Below, one piece after another: positions 34,829 through 49,060 of a stretch of 64,000 nucleotides of DNA (within the stretch, counting starts at the first letter, position 1; every line of letters begins with the position of its first letter). The notes under the pieces were generated by a model. That model was not told the DNA's origin and made no database searches. It worked only from the letters and a program-made list of their open reading frames with translations. The translations under genes were made by a program, and so were the position numbers. The stretch is taken from the NCBI GenBank assembly GCA_964188305.1, contig OZ076897.1. One strand, 5' to 3'. Source of the DNA: Podarcis bocagei (taxonomy: Eukaryota).

Positions 34829-37615
34829 GTAAGGATATCTGGGTTTTATTTACATTACGAGGGTATCCTTTGGGCAGTGGCTTGGAGCACAAAACAATTC
34901 CCTTTAAAGCCTTAAAACAACAAATCCCAATAACATTGCCTAAAATAAACTTGTACCCCAAGCAGAAAAAACATTTATAATACTTGTAAAAAAAATTCAA
35001 ACTTCTGAAAGTGTTCTTGGGAATGCGGTTTTGTCACTGTGGAGCTTTCACTTAGAGTGCCTTTGCTAATCTTACTTCCACCATGGGAGGTTTGTGCATG
35101 GATTGTACAGGCTAGAATATAATAATGTTTGCTTTCTCTTTGCACCACCCCCTGCTTTTCTTCTGCTGTCAGCCTGCCTATTAGGTGGAGCTGCTTGTTT
35201 CCTTAGGTTTCAATGCAAAAGCTGTTGGGGGGAAATCAGTGCATTGTGCCAATAAGAGACCATGCTTGAACTCATCACATCCTGCCTTTGCTACACTCTA
35301 GGCCTGCCTTTAAAAAATAAATGAATACCCACAACTGTTCAGAGGTAGCCAGATCACCCTGAGATCCATTAACTTTATTAACTGTGCAATTATCATCTTC
35401 TCAGGTGATGATGTGACAATCATGAATAGCACCAAATCCTTCATTTGCAACTTATCTTCAGTTGGGTTTTTTCCCTCTCAAACATTCCATCTAGTCTCTA
35501 TGATTAAGCCATTTCAGTACATAAAAGCAGTCGATGCATGATAATGGAGCGTGCCGCCGTTCTATTGTGCAGTGAACACTTATCTTTTTGAGGCAGATAG
35601 TTAAATAAATTCTGGAGTTGTGTGTGTGTGTGAGAGAGAGAGAGAGATGTGCATTATGAATAAGAATTAGTTTCTTCAACAGTTGGGAGGATGTGTGTTT
35701 ACATTTAGAAATTTGAGGAAAATAATAGCTTCAGGTGCTTCAAAACGTGTGACATTCCTTCTGATAGTTTTTTTGGTTTCATTCTTTGGACATTCAATTT
35801 GAATATTTTTTTTATTGACTATAGAAGCTCCCAGTTGTGATGGGGGCTGAAAACTGTGGTTTCCAGTTAAAACGTGAAACCCAGATGCCACGAGTACAGG
35901 CTCTTCCTCTTGCTTGAATTGGGCGGAGAATTCCCCAGCTGCCCATTTACTGAATCCAATCATTTTTCTGCCACGAGGCTGGCAGGGAGGGAGCAGTTTT
36001 ATATGTGTCTGTAACTTGAAACAATCTGAGGCTCGTGGTTCAACTTCAGCGCCCTTCCTCCAGTTTCCATTTCTTGAATTTAGCTGGTGGGGCATGGGCA
36101 CGGTCTCTTAAACAGCCTCTTGAACTCTGTAAGGTACTGGGAAGTCTGTTCGCTTTACTATTAACAACAAATATATGAGGTCACCCAAGTTGTCTTTGTG
36201 GAATCCACACGTGTTCGGGAATTTGGAGCAATGTGGGGGTGGAATAATAATAGGAAGTAGGCCCAGAAACAACTCAAAAGGCATGGATTGTTCAAGTGAG
36301 CACATGGTGAGGCCATCTCACTTTATTCAGTGAATTTATTACGATTCCATATAGTATTCTCTCTCTCTCTCCCCCCCCCCCTTGACCCACACAGCCACCC
36401 TCTCATTCTGAAAGAGAGAAGTGTCTTCCATGCAGACAGTATCCAGTAATCTCACTTGCTGCTTCCCTGCTCCAAAGCCATTCTGAGAGGAGTTCCAGGC
36501 TCTGGCAGTAGAGAAGAGGAGGCAAAAGATGGCCTCACTCCCAGAGTTCAGTGAGATTTGCTTTGGGTCTGTGCTTGCTAGGTATAAGCACACAGGCATG
36601 TCAGCTTAGTCCTCTTAGAACCAGTTGCACAGAGGAGCAGGAGATCTCCCTCTGATTCCATGCTTCTTTTCACAGATATAGCATGAAGATGGGTGCAAGA
36701 ATCTGCCCCTACGTATTTTCAATTTGGCCCGAAAATGAAGGCCAACCCAAATGTCTTTGCCCTGGCTTTACCATATATGCCAAGCTATTGGATTGTGGTG
36801 TCAGCCTTGCCTCCTAACTGAGTCTCTTTGTGGGTGGGTGGTTCAGATTCCCAGAAGCCCTTCATTCTTGTAAAATTTTATGTGATGTGCCAGCAGTTCC
36901 CACACAGTGTGGGGGATTGCTGCCCTGTTCCTTCTCTAATAAGTTTGGTGAAGACAAACGTTTTCAACGCAAGCTCCCTCTTTTGTCCCCATTCAACCCT
37001 CCCCTGAAGCTGAGGGTTGTTATGTTATGTTGTTAGCTGAGTTCGTTCCAATGTGCAAGTTAATGAACTTCCAGGAACACCCCTTTTAAGCAGGCTTTTT
37101 TATTTATTTATCAGGATTGCTGCATTAATATGCAGGCATGAACTACTGAGCAGCTATAAGGGTAGAAAGCATTGCTGCCTCTCTCTTGATGTTAAGCTGA
37201 TTCTGATGAGTGATTTGGAAGGCTCTGTTTAAACCACTTTCTTCTCAAAATGAATCCAATACTGTTTTTAACCTGAGCCCATTCTATGATTGAGGTCCCA
37301 TCATCTTTATTACAATGTCATTAAGAGTCTAATATGGCCCAAAAGCCTTCTCCACTGCCCCATTCCTTTTCCAGCGCTTCCTTGGTTCTTGGGGAAGCAA
37401 TCAATAGGCCCTAGATGTTGTTATCCATATATCTGGCTGCCAGTGACCAGGGGAAAATGTAGTTCCCATGGGTCTTAGCTAGGATGCCAGGATCTACAGG
37501 AGCTATGTTTTCCTGTGACTTCTGGTGGTCCTGGACAGTACTGCACAAATGTATCAGCACCTAGGGTCTAATGGAGGCCCCATAGGGATGCCTCCCTACT
37601 GGTGTAGCTCTTAGG

Positions 37616-37750
37616 CAGGCACCCCAAACTCGCCCTCCAGATGTTTTGGGACTACATCTCCCATCATCCCTAGCTAACAGGACCAGTGGTCAGGGATGGT
37701 GGGAACTGTAGTCCCCAAACATCTGGAGGGCCAAGTTTGGGGGGTGCCTG
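37616..37750. mobile_element. Palindromic hAT-type MITE
   Basis: TIR caggcacccc; internal palindrome; TSD (c/t)tcttagg. Confidence 0.88.
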
Positions 37751-37758
37751 TTCTTAGG

Positions 37759-37892
37759 TCAGTGTGCCTGGCTGTTAACCAGAAGGTTGGTGGTTCGAGT
37801 CTACCAATGGACAACTGTGGGCAGGATTACTGCATGGCGAGGGGTTAGACTCTCGTGATCCCTTCCAACTCTACAATTTTATGATTCTATGA
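37759..37892 (+). mobile_element. tRNA-derived SINE fragment with CR1-like tail
   Basis: B-box-like ggttcgagtc; tail cccttccaactctacaattttatgattctatga. Confidence 0.65.
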
Positions 37893-38079
37893 GGAAGGCA
37901 GCTGAAAAGCTTCTTCCATGTAGTCATCACATAGTAGGCCCGAATCTTGAATTGGGTTTGGGCTCAACTTGTAGTGGTGGTGTGTGGTGTTAAACACTTG
38001 GTTTTCATCGCTGTGCTTTTAAAAAGAAAAGAAAAGAAAAAAAAAACTTCAATCTCTCTCTGCTTCTTTCCCAATACAG

Positions 38080-38203
38080 GGGACAATAGCAAACTCTCTA
38101 ACATGTGTTCAGCTACATAAACGAGCTGAAAAGATAGCCGTTATGTTGATGGAAAGGGGACACTTACAAGATGGCGACCATGTTGCTTTGGTCTACCCAC
38201 CAG
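38080..38203 (+). CDS. DIP2C: DIP2C exon (~25), GTIANSLTCVQLHKRAEKIAVMLMERGHLQDGDHVALVYPP
   Basis: acag|GGG...CCAG|gtaaag, 124 nt. Confidence 0.96.
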
Positions 38204-39682
38204 GTAAAGAACAAAATATGTGTTTTCAGTGGTGATTCTTAAAGACTTTGTAAGTAGAGATGCAAAAATTAGTCAATATGCTGATTGAAAGGCTACAAAC
38301 ACGTGCATTTAATTTATAGGGCTTTAGTGGAGTCATGATCAATTTCCCCCACTGCTCTTTATGAAGCTTTGGCATGCCCGACTTTTATCTGGACTGCAGC
38401 AATTGATTTCAATTAAACACATACCCTTAAAACCAAAGCCTAAATTGGGCTGTTGTTGAAACCTACCACCACCTTCAGAAATCTCTACACGATAATAGTG
38501 CTATTGAAGAACAAACTATAGCAGCCTCTCACCTCCAAAATATGAGGTGAGAGTGAGCTGAATTTATCCCTCAACTAAAAAAATAGTTACATCAGCAGTC
38601 TGCTAAATGGGGCCAAATGAGTACACACAGGATGATAAACAATGTGAGTCATAGTGAGATCAGACCCACTGAAGTCAAAGCAGTGTTACTCACAATAGAT
38701 ATCACCTACAGTCCTTTCACAGTTAACTGTGAATGTATCTCATATATATGTGTATTTGGAAGTTAGTTGTAATGGCTTCAGTAGGGCTTGCTCCCAGATA
38801 AGTGGGTGCAGGATAGCAGCCTCAAAGCCCCTCACTAAGACGCCAGTAATGGTTGTTACAAAATAGTTATTCAAAGTCTTCCATGAGATGTCGCAAAGTA
38901 TTTCAGTACATTTTTATCTGAGCCCATCATTCTCTGATGTTCTTCAGATGTGTGTGCTTTTGTTTTTAAAAGTTGTTTTATTTCAGTGGGGATTCTGGAG
39001 TGCAGTAGCGTGCAAGAAAAGGATTGTGTCTTGCAATGTTCAAAAAATTATTTTGGACATTATTTTTATTCATTTAGAAGATATCTGTACTGCTCTTCAG
39101 GACAAAACTCTCAGGGCACATATAAAATCCAGTGTATAAACATACAAAGATTACAGAACAACTCTCTGTTTATCCAAACAGATGAATAAAATTCAGCACA
39201 ATGGATAAAACCATAGTTAAAAGCAGCTTACACTATATGCTGGACTGCTTGCTGAAACCAAAAACTCTTTGCTTGGCACCAAAGTGATATCAAAGCTGGT
39301 GCCAGGCAGTTGTATCTCGGGTCATGGGACAACATAATTTCAGATAGCAGGGAAATTCAGAGAATTATCTTAAAATCTGTTTTAATTTTAATTAGCTGTT
39401 TGATGGCATCCATGAAGGCTTCAGAGTGTATTGTCTTTAAAAAGAGCAGCTCAGATCAAAACGACTGGTGAAGCTTAAGAAACACTGAAACAGGAAAGAT
39501 GCAGATTTCCTGAGGTCTCTCCACTGTTAATATAGGCTCATTGATGTTGTTTCAACATAGTATTTATGCTGGGTAAATTACTTTCACTTTTGTGCCTACA
39601 CACGCCTTCAAACGTGAACGTCATAATCAGTTTCTCCTCCTCCTTCTCTTTCTCCTCCTTCTCCTCCTTCTCCATCATGCAG

Positions 39683-39804
39683 GTATAGATCTGATTGCTG
39701 CATTTTACGGGTGTTTGTACGCAGGCTGTGTGCCAATAACAGTTCGACCTCCGCACCCCCAGAACATTGCAACAACATTGCCTACGGTCAAGATGATTGT
39801 GGAG
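39683..39804 (+). CDS. DIP2C: DIP2C exon (~26), GIDLIAAFYGCLYAGCVPITVRPPHPQNIATTLPTVKMIVE
   Basis: gcag|GT...GAG|gtcagc, 122 nt. Confidence 0.96.
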
Positions 39805-40294
39805 GTCAGCTGACTAGTCAAAATGCTTATTTAAAATTTTTGTATCTGGGATCCAGTGATTTCCAGGCATGACTATAGATTTTTTGGGGAGGGGTTATAT
39901 ATAATGTATACAGACACCCTTTTTTTAGTTTCAAAAGTTGGGTGGGATGGGGAGGAAAGCTTCTCAAGAAGCACAAACCATGGTCCAGGTGTCTACTATA
40001 ACCAGTCTGAGATGGCTTCAAATCCTCACTCAGTAATTTTTTGGTCATGTTTTCTGCATTTATAATAGCATTGAATAAAACTATTATTATTAAGTAATTA
40101 TAATTTATTATAATAATTATTTTGCAAAGGCATGAAAAGGAATTTTACAATTCAAAATACTGAAAAACAAAGGAAAGAGTTATAAAAGGCAAAACAGTAA
40201 AATGGTACAAATGACTAAGGCCAACTCTATGGCCTGGCCTCCTCCTCTTGTGATTTCCCAGCTGAGTTTTCTCATGTTGTTCTTTCATCTTGAC

Positions 40295-40430
40295 CAGGCT
40301 TCTTCACCCTTGGCCCTCCAGATGTTTTTGGCCTAAAACTCCCATCATCCCTAGCTAGCAGGACCAGTGGTCAGGGATGATGGGAATTGTAGTCTTAAAA
40401 CATCTGGAGGGCCGAGGTTGAGGAAGCCTG
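40295..40430. mobile_element. Palindromic hAT-type MITE
   Basis: TIR caggcttc/gaagcctg; TSD atcttgac/atcgtaac (6 of 8). Confidence 0.85.
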
Positions 40431-40634
40431 ATCGTAACCTACCTCAGAGAGCTGTTGTGAGGATGCATGGTTATTACAATCCCAAAAATGATAACGTGTG
40501 TGGGTGGAAATGTGCATAATTTTATTATCCCTTATTTTGCGTAAGGTTTTCCTTTTTCCGTGCATGCCTGTTCTGCCATTGTAACTGAAGAAGCTTTTTT
40601 TTCAAACAAGCTAGTAGGAAGCTTTAAATATATA

Positions 40635-40860
40635 CAGTGGTACCTCGGGTTACATACGCTTCAGGTTACAGACTCCGCTAACCCAGAAATAGTGCTTCAG
40701 GTTAAGAACTTTGCTTCAGGATGAGAACAGAAATCAGGCTCCGGCGGTGCGGCAGCAGCAGGAGGCCCCATTATCTAAGGTGGTGCTTCAGGTTAAGAAC
40801 AGTTTCAGGTTAAGAACAGACCTCTGGAACGAATTAAGTACTTAACCTGAGGTACCACTA
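40635..40860. mobile_element. Tc1/mariner MITE
   Basis: TIR cagtggtacctcgggtta; TA flank; near-identical copy at 63213. Confidence 0.9.
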
Positions 40861-40962
40861 TCCGGTTATTTGAAATGGTGGTCTCATAACCATTTTCATG
40901 TGAGGTGATTTTGATGTTATATCTCTTCTCCCCCCCCCCCTTTCCTTTGCTGAAACCTACAG

Positions 40963-41074
40963 GTGAGTCGCTCTGCCTGCTTAATGACGACACAATTAAT
41001 ATGTAAATTGTTGCGGTCACGAGAGGCAGCAGCAGCGGTGGATGTCAGAACGTGGCCCCCTATCTTAGACACAG
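40963..41074 (+). CDS. DIP2C: DIP2C exon (~27), VSRSACLMTTQLICKLLRSREAAAAVDVRTWPPILDT
   Basis: acag|GTG...ACAG|gtatgt, 112 nt. Confidence 0.96.
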
Positions 41075-41169
41075 GTATGTGCTGTCCTCTGATGCCCCTC
41101 TTGTTTCTAAGTATTTCAACTGCGTTTTGCAGGCGCTGCGGGAATCATGCCTTCCTTTTTCTCCCCCAG

Positions 41170-41279
41170 ATGATTTGCCAAAGAAGCGGCCTCCTCAGAT
41201 CTACAAACCTTCTAACCCCGACATGCTGGCTTATCTCGATTTCAGTGTATCCACAACTGGAATGCTAGCAGGGGTGAAG
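41170..41279 (+). CDS. DIP2C: DIP2C exon (~28), DDLPKKRPPQIYKPSNPDMLAYLDFSVSTTGMLAGVK
   Basis: ccag|AT...AAG|gtaggg, 110 nt; preceded by a 95-nt intron. Confidence 0.96.
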
Positions 41280-41422
41280 GTAGGGACGACGCTCCCCAAA
41301 GCGAATGTGAAACACGGTGTGCGAGCTGGGGTGGGGAGGATGGGTGGAATATTGTAGCGGTGTGGATAAGTAGAGCTGGTCCAAAAGTGGACAGGGCAGA
41401 TGCTACACCCTGGACCCATGGA

Positions 41423-41932
41423 CCGTATTCTTTGCTCTATAGGACTCACCGGACCATAGGACGCACCTTGTTTTAGAGGGGGAGAACAAGGGGAAAAAAA
41501 TCTCCCCCTCTCTGCTCAGCGCCCTTTCAGCGAAGCGGCAGGAGAAACGGAGCCTCTTCCATTTCTCCTCCCGCTTGGCTGAAGGGACACTGCACAGCTC
41601 TCTTGCGCAGCTCTTGCTCTCCTGGCTTCAGCGAATTGAACCTGAAGCCTGCGGAGCGCAGCGGGAACTCGCGCTGTGCCCCAAAGGCTTTAGGCGGCTA
41701 TCCCTGAAGCCTGGAGAGTGAGAGTGCGCACCGACCCCTCTCACTCTCCAGGCTTCAGTAAAAGCAACGCAAAGCCTCCGGAGCGCGGAGGGAGTGCTCC
41801 CTCTGCGCTTCGGAGGCTTCGCGTTGCTATCGCTGAAGCCAAGGAACCTGCATTCGCTCTATAGGACGCACACACAGTTCCCCTTAATTTTTGGAGGAGA
41901 AAAAGTGCATCCTATAGAGTGAAAAAATACGG
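41423..41932. mobile_element. Tc1/mariner (pogo-like) MITE, longer variant
   Basis: TIRs ccgtatt..gctctatagga / tcctatagagtgaaaaaatacgg; GC-rich internal repeats. Confidence 0.85.
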
Positions 41933-42865
41933 TATTTACAAGTGAAAAGATATATGTACCAAGGCAACCCAAGTTGTCTGCATGCATTCTGCTTGCACCA
42001 ACAGATGCCAAGTCCAAAGGCAACTCTTGCACAGCTTCCTAGCATCACAGGGGGCATCGCAGCTCCAGGCCAAACTATATGCAATGGGACAAGCCTGTTT
42101 TCTGACACATTGTTGCACGTAAACAATACCGGGGAGTGAAGAACGTATGTGAAAATGGGGAACGAAATCCTCCCCTCTCTCTTACCTTGTCATGTTCTGT
42201 TGCTGGGAGCACTTTCCTCCCATCGCGGAGCTTTCCAGTACCAGAAGTGAGCCAGGTTGGAGAATAATACTGTTTAAGCAGCAGAACGCAGTGCAGGGAA
42301 TGTAAAAGAAGAGGCAGTTTCTGAATCTGAATTTATTCCATTCTGTTGCTAATCAGCTGTAAGCCCCTTTGGTCCGCTGATGCCTACTCCAGTTGGATGG
42401 TGATCTCCCAAGGCTCTCCCAGATCCACTAGCTCTTCATGCTTTCTGGGGAACTAACCTTGGGTTTCCTGAGTGCCAAAGCATGTGCTCTTCCCACTGAG
42501 CTATGGCTGTGCCCTTCTGGCATTCCGCACCCCCTCCCCTTGCTCAGTTGAAAGATGTAGCCCATTTTCTCTTCAGTGCTGTACATAATTTCCAGCCTTC
42601 CTGAAGATAACCTAGAAATCAAAGGCACTGATGAGTCACACTCCCTTCCTTTTCTTTACTTAGTTGATTGAATATACTCCTTGGGAAACACATTAATTTT
42701 CATTATCTATAAATGATTCTGCATGTGTTTTTGCGGGTGGGATGTAAACTGATGCTTATTTTTACCCATCCTATTACCGTCTTAAGGCCTGGCGGTAGTT
42801 CAGAAACAAACCTCTGGAACGATGCCGTTCGTCATCTTAATTACTGCCCTGTTACCTTCTTCCAG

Positions 42866-42996
42866 ATGTCTCATGCAGCCACTAGTGCCTTCTGTCGTTC
42901 TATTAAGCTGCAGTGTGAGCTTTATCCTTCCAGAGAAGTTGCAATCTGCTTGGACCCTTACTGTGGACTTGGGTTTGTCCTTTGGTGCCTCTGTAG
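42866..42996 (+). CDS. DIP2C: DIP2C exon (~29), MSHAATSAFCRSIKLQCELYPSREVAICLDPYCGLGFVLWCLCS
   Basis: ccag|ATG...TGTAG|gtaagt, 131 nt. Confidence 0.96.
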
Positions 42997-45900
42997 GTAA
43001 GTTCCTCTTCTGGAGCCTTCAAGTATCACCAAACAAAATGTTGCTGCTATATCTATGTGTGTGTAAGAGAGACGAGAGAGAAGGGACCAGCCCCCAGATG
43101 ATGTGACCAGTGTGTGTTTCAGAGAAGGGCGTTGTACTTGTTTTGGTGAAGGGCAGGCTAGATGTACAAATCATCAATAAAAGAATGGATGGATACTGCT
43201 AGAAGCAAATTTGACGACAAGCCCATCCTGGAGCATGCAGCCTGCACTAAATGTAGACATTAAAGCCAAAACCTAAAGAAGCACCATTGTATCTTTTTAA
43301 CGGGAACAAATGGGACCTTCAACAATGGAAATGAACCAAGGGGGACCTGCAACAAAGTGTTGCAGTGTAGAATTCTCCTTTTCAGTGTTCTAGCCATATG
43401 CTTTCCCAAGAGACATGATTACAAGACGCAACCACCCATTTTTTGGTTTTGCTCCCCTGCCCATCACTCGGTCAGCATTCTGGGGCCACTGAACATGCTC
43501 AGTTCTTTTTTTATATTGTATATCAAATAATTTTGTAGTAGAAACAGCATTGATCACACTTAAATCAATCACTCACAAAAAGAAAAGTTGAGCAGGGACA
43601 CTGTCAAATAACTGAATCATCGAATGCATCATCAAGGCTTCAGCTATCCATGACATAGCATCTCCATAAATAACCATGAGCGGCTGGAGGTCTTGCATTA
43701 ACACCACTTCTACTTGCACAGTTGATATATGGGAAGCATACCTTAGCAAAAGGATTATGTTTAGTTTGACCTTTAACAACCTTTCTGTGTGCTCAGAAAA
43801 AGTAAAATCCCAAACTTTACTTTGTCATCCAGACAGAGATGTTCCTTTGTTGTCTTTCCAGTGGGTGGCAATCTTTAAATGGCCAGTGGTAAACGGCATG
43901 GCAATTAGATCCTTATGTGTGATGGAAGAGGTTTAGATCCATGACGAAAGGGCTCAGTTCCTTATTGAGCTGATTTGTCTCCTCGCATAATTTTTAAAAA
44001 ATATCTCCATAAGGGTCCACACTTGGAGAATGAATGTATGAGAAAGCCCTCTCCAGGGCCTGTTGATGTAATACTTTGCCAGTAGGGTTGTATTCATGAT
44101 TAGATAGGGATCTTGCAAACCTAGAGATCTTGTGTTCCTATCTTGTACATAATTTGTACATACTGTATGAATTTAAAGCAGGGAGAAAGTATGATCTAGT
44201 TAGATATTATCTGTTAATCCAGTACGTTTAAAAAAAATAATAGACTGTTTCTCCATAAGCATGTTTGGTTGTCCAATACTGGCTCTTCAACAATACGTCA
44301 GTTTTATTTATTGATCAGGGGGTGGTATTCAACTTAGTTTCACTGTTAAGTAGACCCACTGAAATTAATGGACCTAACTTAATCATGTTCATTAGTTTCA
44401 GTAAGTCTACTTTCAATAAAACTTAGTTGAATATCACCCAAGATTTGTTACCCAGCCTTCACCGTAAGCCTCAGGGCAGATTACAGCAATAGAAAATGCA
44501 ATTATGAAACCAGATAAAGTCATTGTAATTATAGCCTACATAAAATTGTTCCAAATGGAACAGAACGATATCATTACTATGATGGTCCGAACTCCATCAA
44601 ACTTCTCTGCTATTGTTGGAGCAGTGTTCTGTTTGCAGATCTTTGCAATGCAGATGTTTGCAGCTGTCAGTAGATTAGCCACTGTCAACCTCTAATGCTA
44701 GATGCTTTAAATAACCTAGAAGTAGAATTTTGGGTTCCAGGGGTAAGAAATACCCTGTCATTTCATTCATTATTTGTTGCCCCAAAAGCATGTATTACTG
44801 GAGATCACCAGACTATGTAGATGAAATTTGCCTCCAAATATCTGCATCTCTAACATTTATCCTCAGTTCCTAGATATATCTGCCTCAGTCTTTGTGGGAT
44901 TAAAAAGTTTCCTTTCACATCTGCTGAAATCAAATTGTGCAAGATCTCTGCCATTTATTTAGACTCATTAATAGTCACTCCTCGGTTTCTGTCCCTTTGC
45001 CATTTCCTCATAAATATATCTGGTTTGTTTGCCAACTCCAGAATCATATTATATGATTTCCCTGTTAATCCCTTATTCTTAGTGTCCGATCATAATGCTT
45101 CACATTTGCTTGCCTGCCTCCCTTGAATATTTCCTGAGTAATGCAGTTACGGCTTCTCTCATCTGAAAATACTGAAAGAGAGGTATTACAGCGCCCATAG
45201 CTCTTGCAATTTCTTCATAGGACATAATGTTGCATCCATTGATTATATCTTTAATGGAATCTAGGCCCCGCTGAAGTCATATGTTCGTATTCCCCAGCAT
45301 GCCAGTTGAAAACAATGAAGCATTTAGGTGCATTTTGTTTATTGCACCCAAATACCTCGCTGCTGTACTTTTGTTATTGTTGAAAACTTACCTGTTCTAC
45401 CCAGTTTTCCACCAAAGAATGTGCTCTATTTATATATAAAAAAGAGAATATGTGATATATTGGATGCTTTAGTGGTAGGTGGAAAAAAAAACACCTTTGT
45501 GAAGCATAGGAAGAGAATAAAAGATAAAGCCTGATTTGTTATTGGAGAGATTATCGCGCTTGGAAATTTTGACTTTAGAACCAGTTTACTGCCTCATACA
45601 TTTCAACCAGTTGCTTTCAGTGTGAAAGGGAGAATGTGCCATTCATATAAAAAAATAGAAAAACTCTCAGCGGACTCATATTTGTGGTAAGATGAAAATT
45701 CCTTCAATTCCCTGAAAATTAAGACAGTCTTCAGGAGGTGTTTTTGCCTCATACCTCAAAACATTTGCAACTAACCGTGCCAAAATTTGGCACATCACAC
45801 ATTGATGCCTCATGCAGCTCATGACAAGTGAATCCAGTACGCTGCATCTCATTTCCATCTGACCTCTCTGGAAAGTGCAGCATCAAAGGCTACCGCTTTG

Positions 45901-47299
45901 CGGAAGAGACAATCTATAAGGGAACTACCACTCTGACTTTTAACACACAGAGAATGCAAGGGGTGTGTTAGCTGCTCCCTCCTGCTTGTTGGCTAGGATT
46001 GTTCTTAAGTCTTATGGGTGTTTGTAATGAATTCTGAACTCCGTTCACATCCAAATATTGGAGTTAACATGCAGTGCTTTCCTTCTGGATATGCAAAGAT
46101 ATAATATGAACTTGAGCTCATCTGATTAACCTGATTATGACTTTGATGTCAGTGCCATCAGTCGCAGGTGCAGCAGAGTAAAATGTGATTGAATCCCCAC
46201 CTACCTGGGGGTTACAATCTGGGCACAATCAGCCAAAAACTAACTGCCTATCCTGTTGTAGATGCTATGAAGTTGCGTTGGCCTACTCCACTGTGATGTC
46301 CCAGAATGCAGCATTCTGAGACTTCCAAACCACTAAGGAAAACCTGCTTGGAGCATGGAGTCAGCCCGTTGGTAAGTCTCGAGTATATTGCATGGTTTTG
46401 CAAAGTTTTGCTTTTGTTTTTATTTTATGTCCTAAAGGGTATAAAATAATAATGAAAAGAAACCTTGCAAAGCAGAGCAATAGACCTTTATAATAATCAT
46501 CATCACTATCTCCAGATTCCTAACAATTGGCCACACGCTCCAGCAGGGTTTCCTGGGGATCGTTGTCAAAGATTGATGCATTCTGAGCACAACAATAGTT
46601 GTCAGGCCAACGTGAGTTCATGGATACTTGCGTTTTCCCCCCTTTTAGCTGTTTGTGCTGAACATGTGTTGTTGAAATTTATTGTGATGTGATTTCACAC
46701 CACCCTAATATTTTCTTTGCAGCTTGTCTCTTAATCATTTACTTCAAGTAGATACTGAGTTTTGGTTGTTGTGTTGTTTTTGGACTGTCTAAAATGTCTG
46801 TTGTAGTACCCCAGCTATGGAATGCTCTTTCCAAAAAGACTCATCTGGTGCCAACTCAGATGGCTTTTGGGGCTCCAGGTGAAGACATTTTCATTTGCCC
46901 GGGCCTTTTGATGTTATCTATTTCAGATCTACTTTAATGCTGAAGTGTTACTTATTACATTTTGAGACTTTGCTGCTGCTGCTGTTTTAACATACTGATG
47001 CTGTTGTTTATGTGTTAATCTGCAAACTGGTTCTTGGGACTGAGGAGCAGGATATAAATACTTGTAATAATTTATTTCCACTGTTGTCAGACCTTTTCCT
47101 TTGATAAGCTCTCTTGCTGAAACTGAGGCAAGGGACAAAAAAAAATGGACCTAATGGCTGAAGGGGGAAGAGCAGTAAATCAGTGACAGAGCAAATGTTT
47201 TATATGTTAAAGGTTTCAGATTCAACTCTGGCATCTCCAGATAGAATTGGGAAAAACTGAGGAGCTGAATTCTGGAGAGTGACTTTCAGTTACTGTAGA

Positions 47300-47435
47300 C
47301 CAGGGATGGGAAACCTGCGACTCTCCAAATGTTGTTGGACTACAACTCCCAGCAGCCCCAGCCATCATGGTCAGTTATCAGGAATGATGGGAGTTGTAGT
47401 CCAACAACATCTGGAAGCCCATAGGTTCCCCATTC
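47300..47435. mobile_element. Palindromic hAT-type MITE
   Basis: gttgttggactacaactccc...gggagttgtagtccaacaac. Confidence 0.8.
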
Positions 47436-48387
47436 ATGGTGGAGGTAATACTGAATGTCATAAACCAATAACCTGAGTTAGTGTAAGACAGATTCCTATG
47501 TTCCTAATATCTAGAGGTCTAATGCTCCTAAAAGCCACAGCCTTGCCTTGTTGTTCCTAATCTCTACCTGAGCTTCATTTTACTAACTCTGGTCAATTCC
47601 TGTGATCGTTTTTATTAAGTAGTTGATAAGTTTACCACGCGTCCCCACGTGAATGTCCTTCATTTGATTTGCTCAAGGGCTTATAAATTGCAGCTGAGCT
47701 CCATACAAAAGCAGTGTGTTTGTAGCAGCTGGCAACTTGAAAGTTGTATCTGTGGTGTTTTGAGGAATGGTGGCTCGTTCACATATCCATATCAAGTGAC
47801 ATGTGTGTGTGAGAGAGAGCTATGGTAAGAATGACTCGTGTTAGCCCTGATAGTCGCTAGACAGTGGCCGTTTTCAGAAAACACCAAGCTAGGTAGGAAA
47901 GTGCCTTACACCAGATCATTCTGTCTGCCAGTCTAGTCCAGAATTGTCTGCTCAGACTGGCAGCAGCTCCCCAGGGCTTCTGAGAGAGCTACTTCCACAT
48001 CACCTACTACCTGATCCTTCTAACTAGGAATGGCAGGGACTGAACCTGGCATCTTCTGTGTGCAAAATATATTCTCTACCAGTGAGCGGTGGCCCCTTCT
48101 ACGAAGCTACCTGTTGACAGTTACAGTTACCTCATGAGAAGGATGGTGGCGTGAACTGGTCACTCACTTGACCCACGCTTTGAAAAACTCCCAGTGGCAT
48201 CCCATGAGTTTTCCCAAGTGTAGCAGAAGGAAGGATTTTTCAGGATTGTAAAAAAAAGTTGGATATGGTGAGATGCTGTAGCACTAACTAGACACGATTG
48301 CCCGAACTTGTGTAGAAGAAATGGGGCTGCATGTGTTAGCCCTGCCTGCAAAATCCCCATGCATGCTGACTCCACCCATAATCTTCC

Positions 48388-48524
48388 CACGGCATAGGCA
48401 AACTCGGCCCTCCAGATGTTTTGGGACTACAACTCCCATCACCCCTAGCTAGCAGGACCAGTGGTCAGGGATGATGGGAATTGTAGTCCCAAAACATATG
48501 GAGGGCCAAGTTTGCCTATGCCTG
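48388..48524. mobile_element. Palindromic hAT-type MITE
   Basis: ggcataggcaaact...agtttgcctatgcc; same core as the 37616 and 40295 copies. Confidence 0.85.
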
Positions 48525-48827
48525 GTCTTTCCCCCATTGAGCGGTAAGGGGTTTCCAAGCATCTTTGGGCGAACACACATTTCATCCTTTGCACAAATGA
48601 GAATTGTTGACAGTTCAGGTTCCTATTCATTCATGTGGAGGATTATGGTGGCTTTTGCCAGACTGGGTTTAGGAACTTTTTTTTCAGATAGGAAAATTAG
48701 ACTCGGAAGGGACAATGAGGGCCGTCTAGTCCAGGAATCTATTGCCTGAGGTGGGCCTCTAACCAAAAACCCTGAGATTAAGAATCTCATGCTCTACTAA
48801 CTTGAACTATCTTAGGCCCTATACTTG

Positions 48828-49060
48828 AAAATAATTCGTTCCGCGAGTCTTTTCGTCTTGCGATGTTTTGCGTCTTGCGAAGCACAGTCCGTTGCAACTG
48901 CACCTCTTCAAGCCGCCTTAAAAAAAAAGTGCAAGACATTTTCGTCTTGCGAAGCAAGCCCATAGGGAAATTCGTCTAGCGAAGCAACGCAAAACCGAGA
49001 AACCCTTTCGTCTAGCGAGTTTTTCGTCTTGCGAGGCATTCGTCTTGCGGGGCACCACTG
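48828..49060. mobile_element. Tc1/mariner MITE lacking its left TIR
   Basis: Repeated cgtcttgcga units; right end ggcaccactg|ta. Confidence 0.7.
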
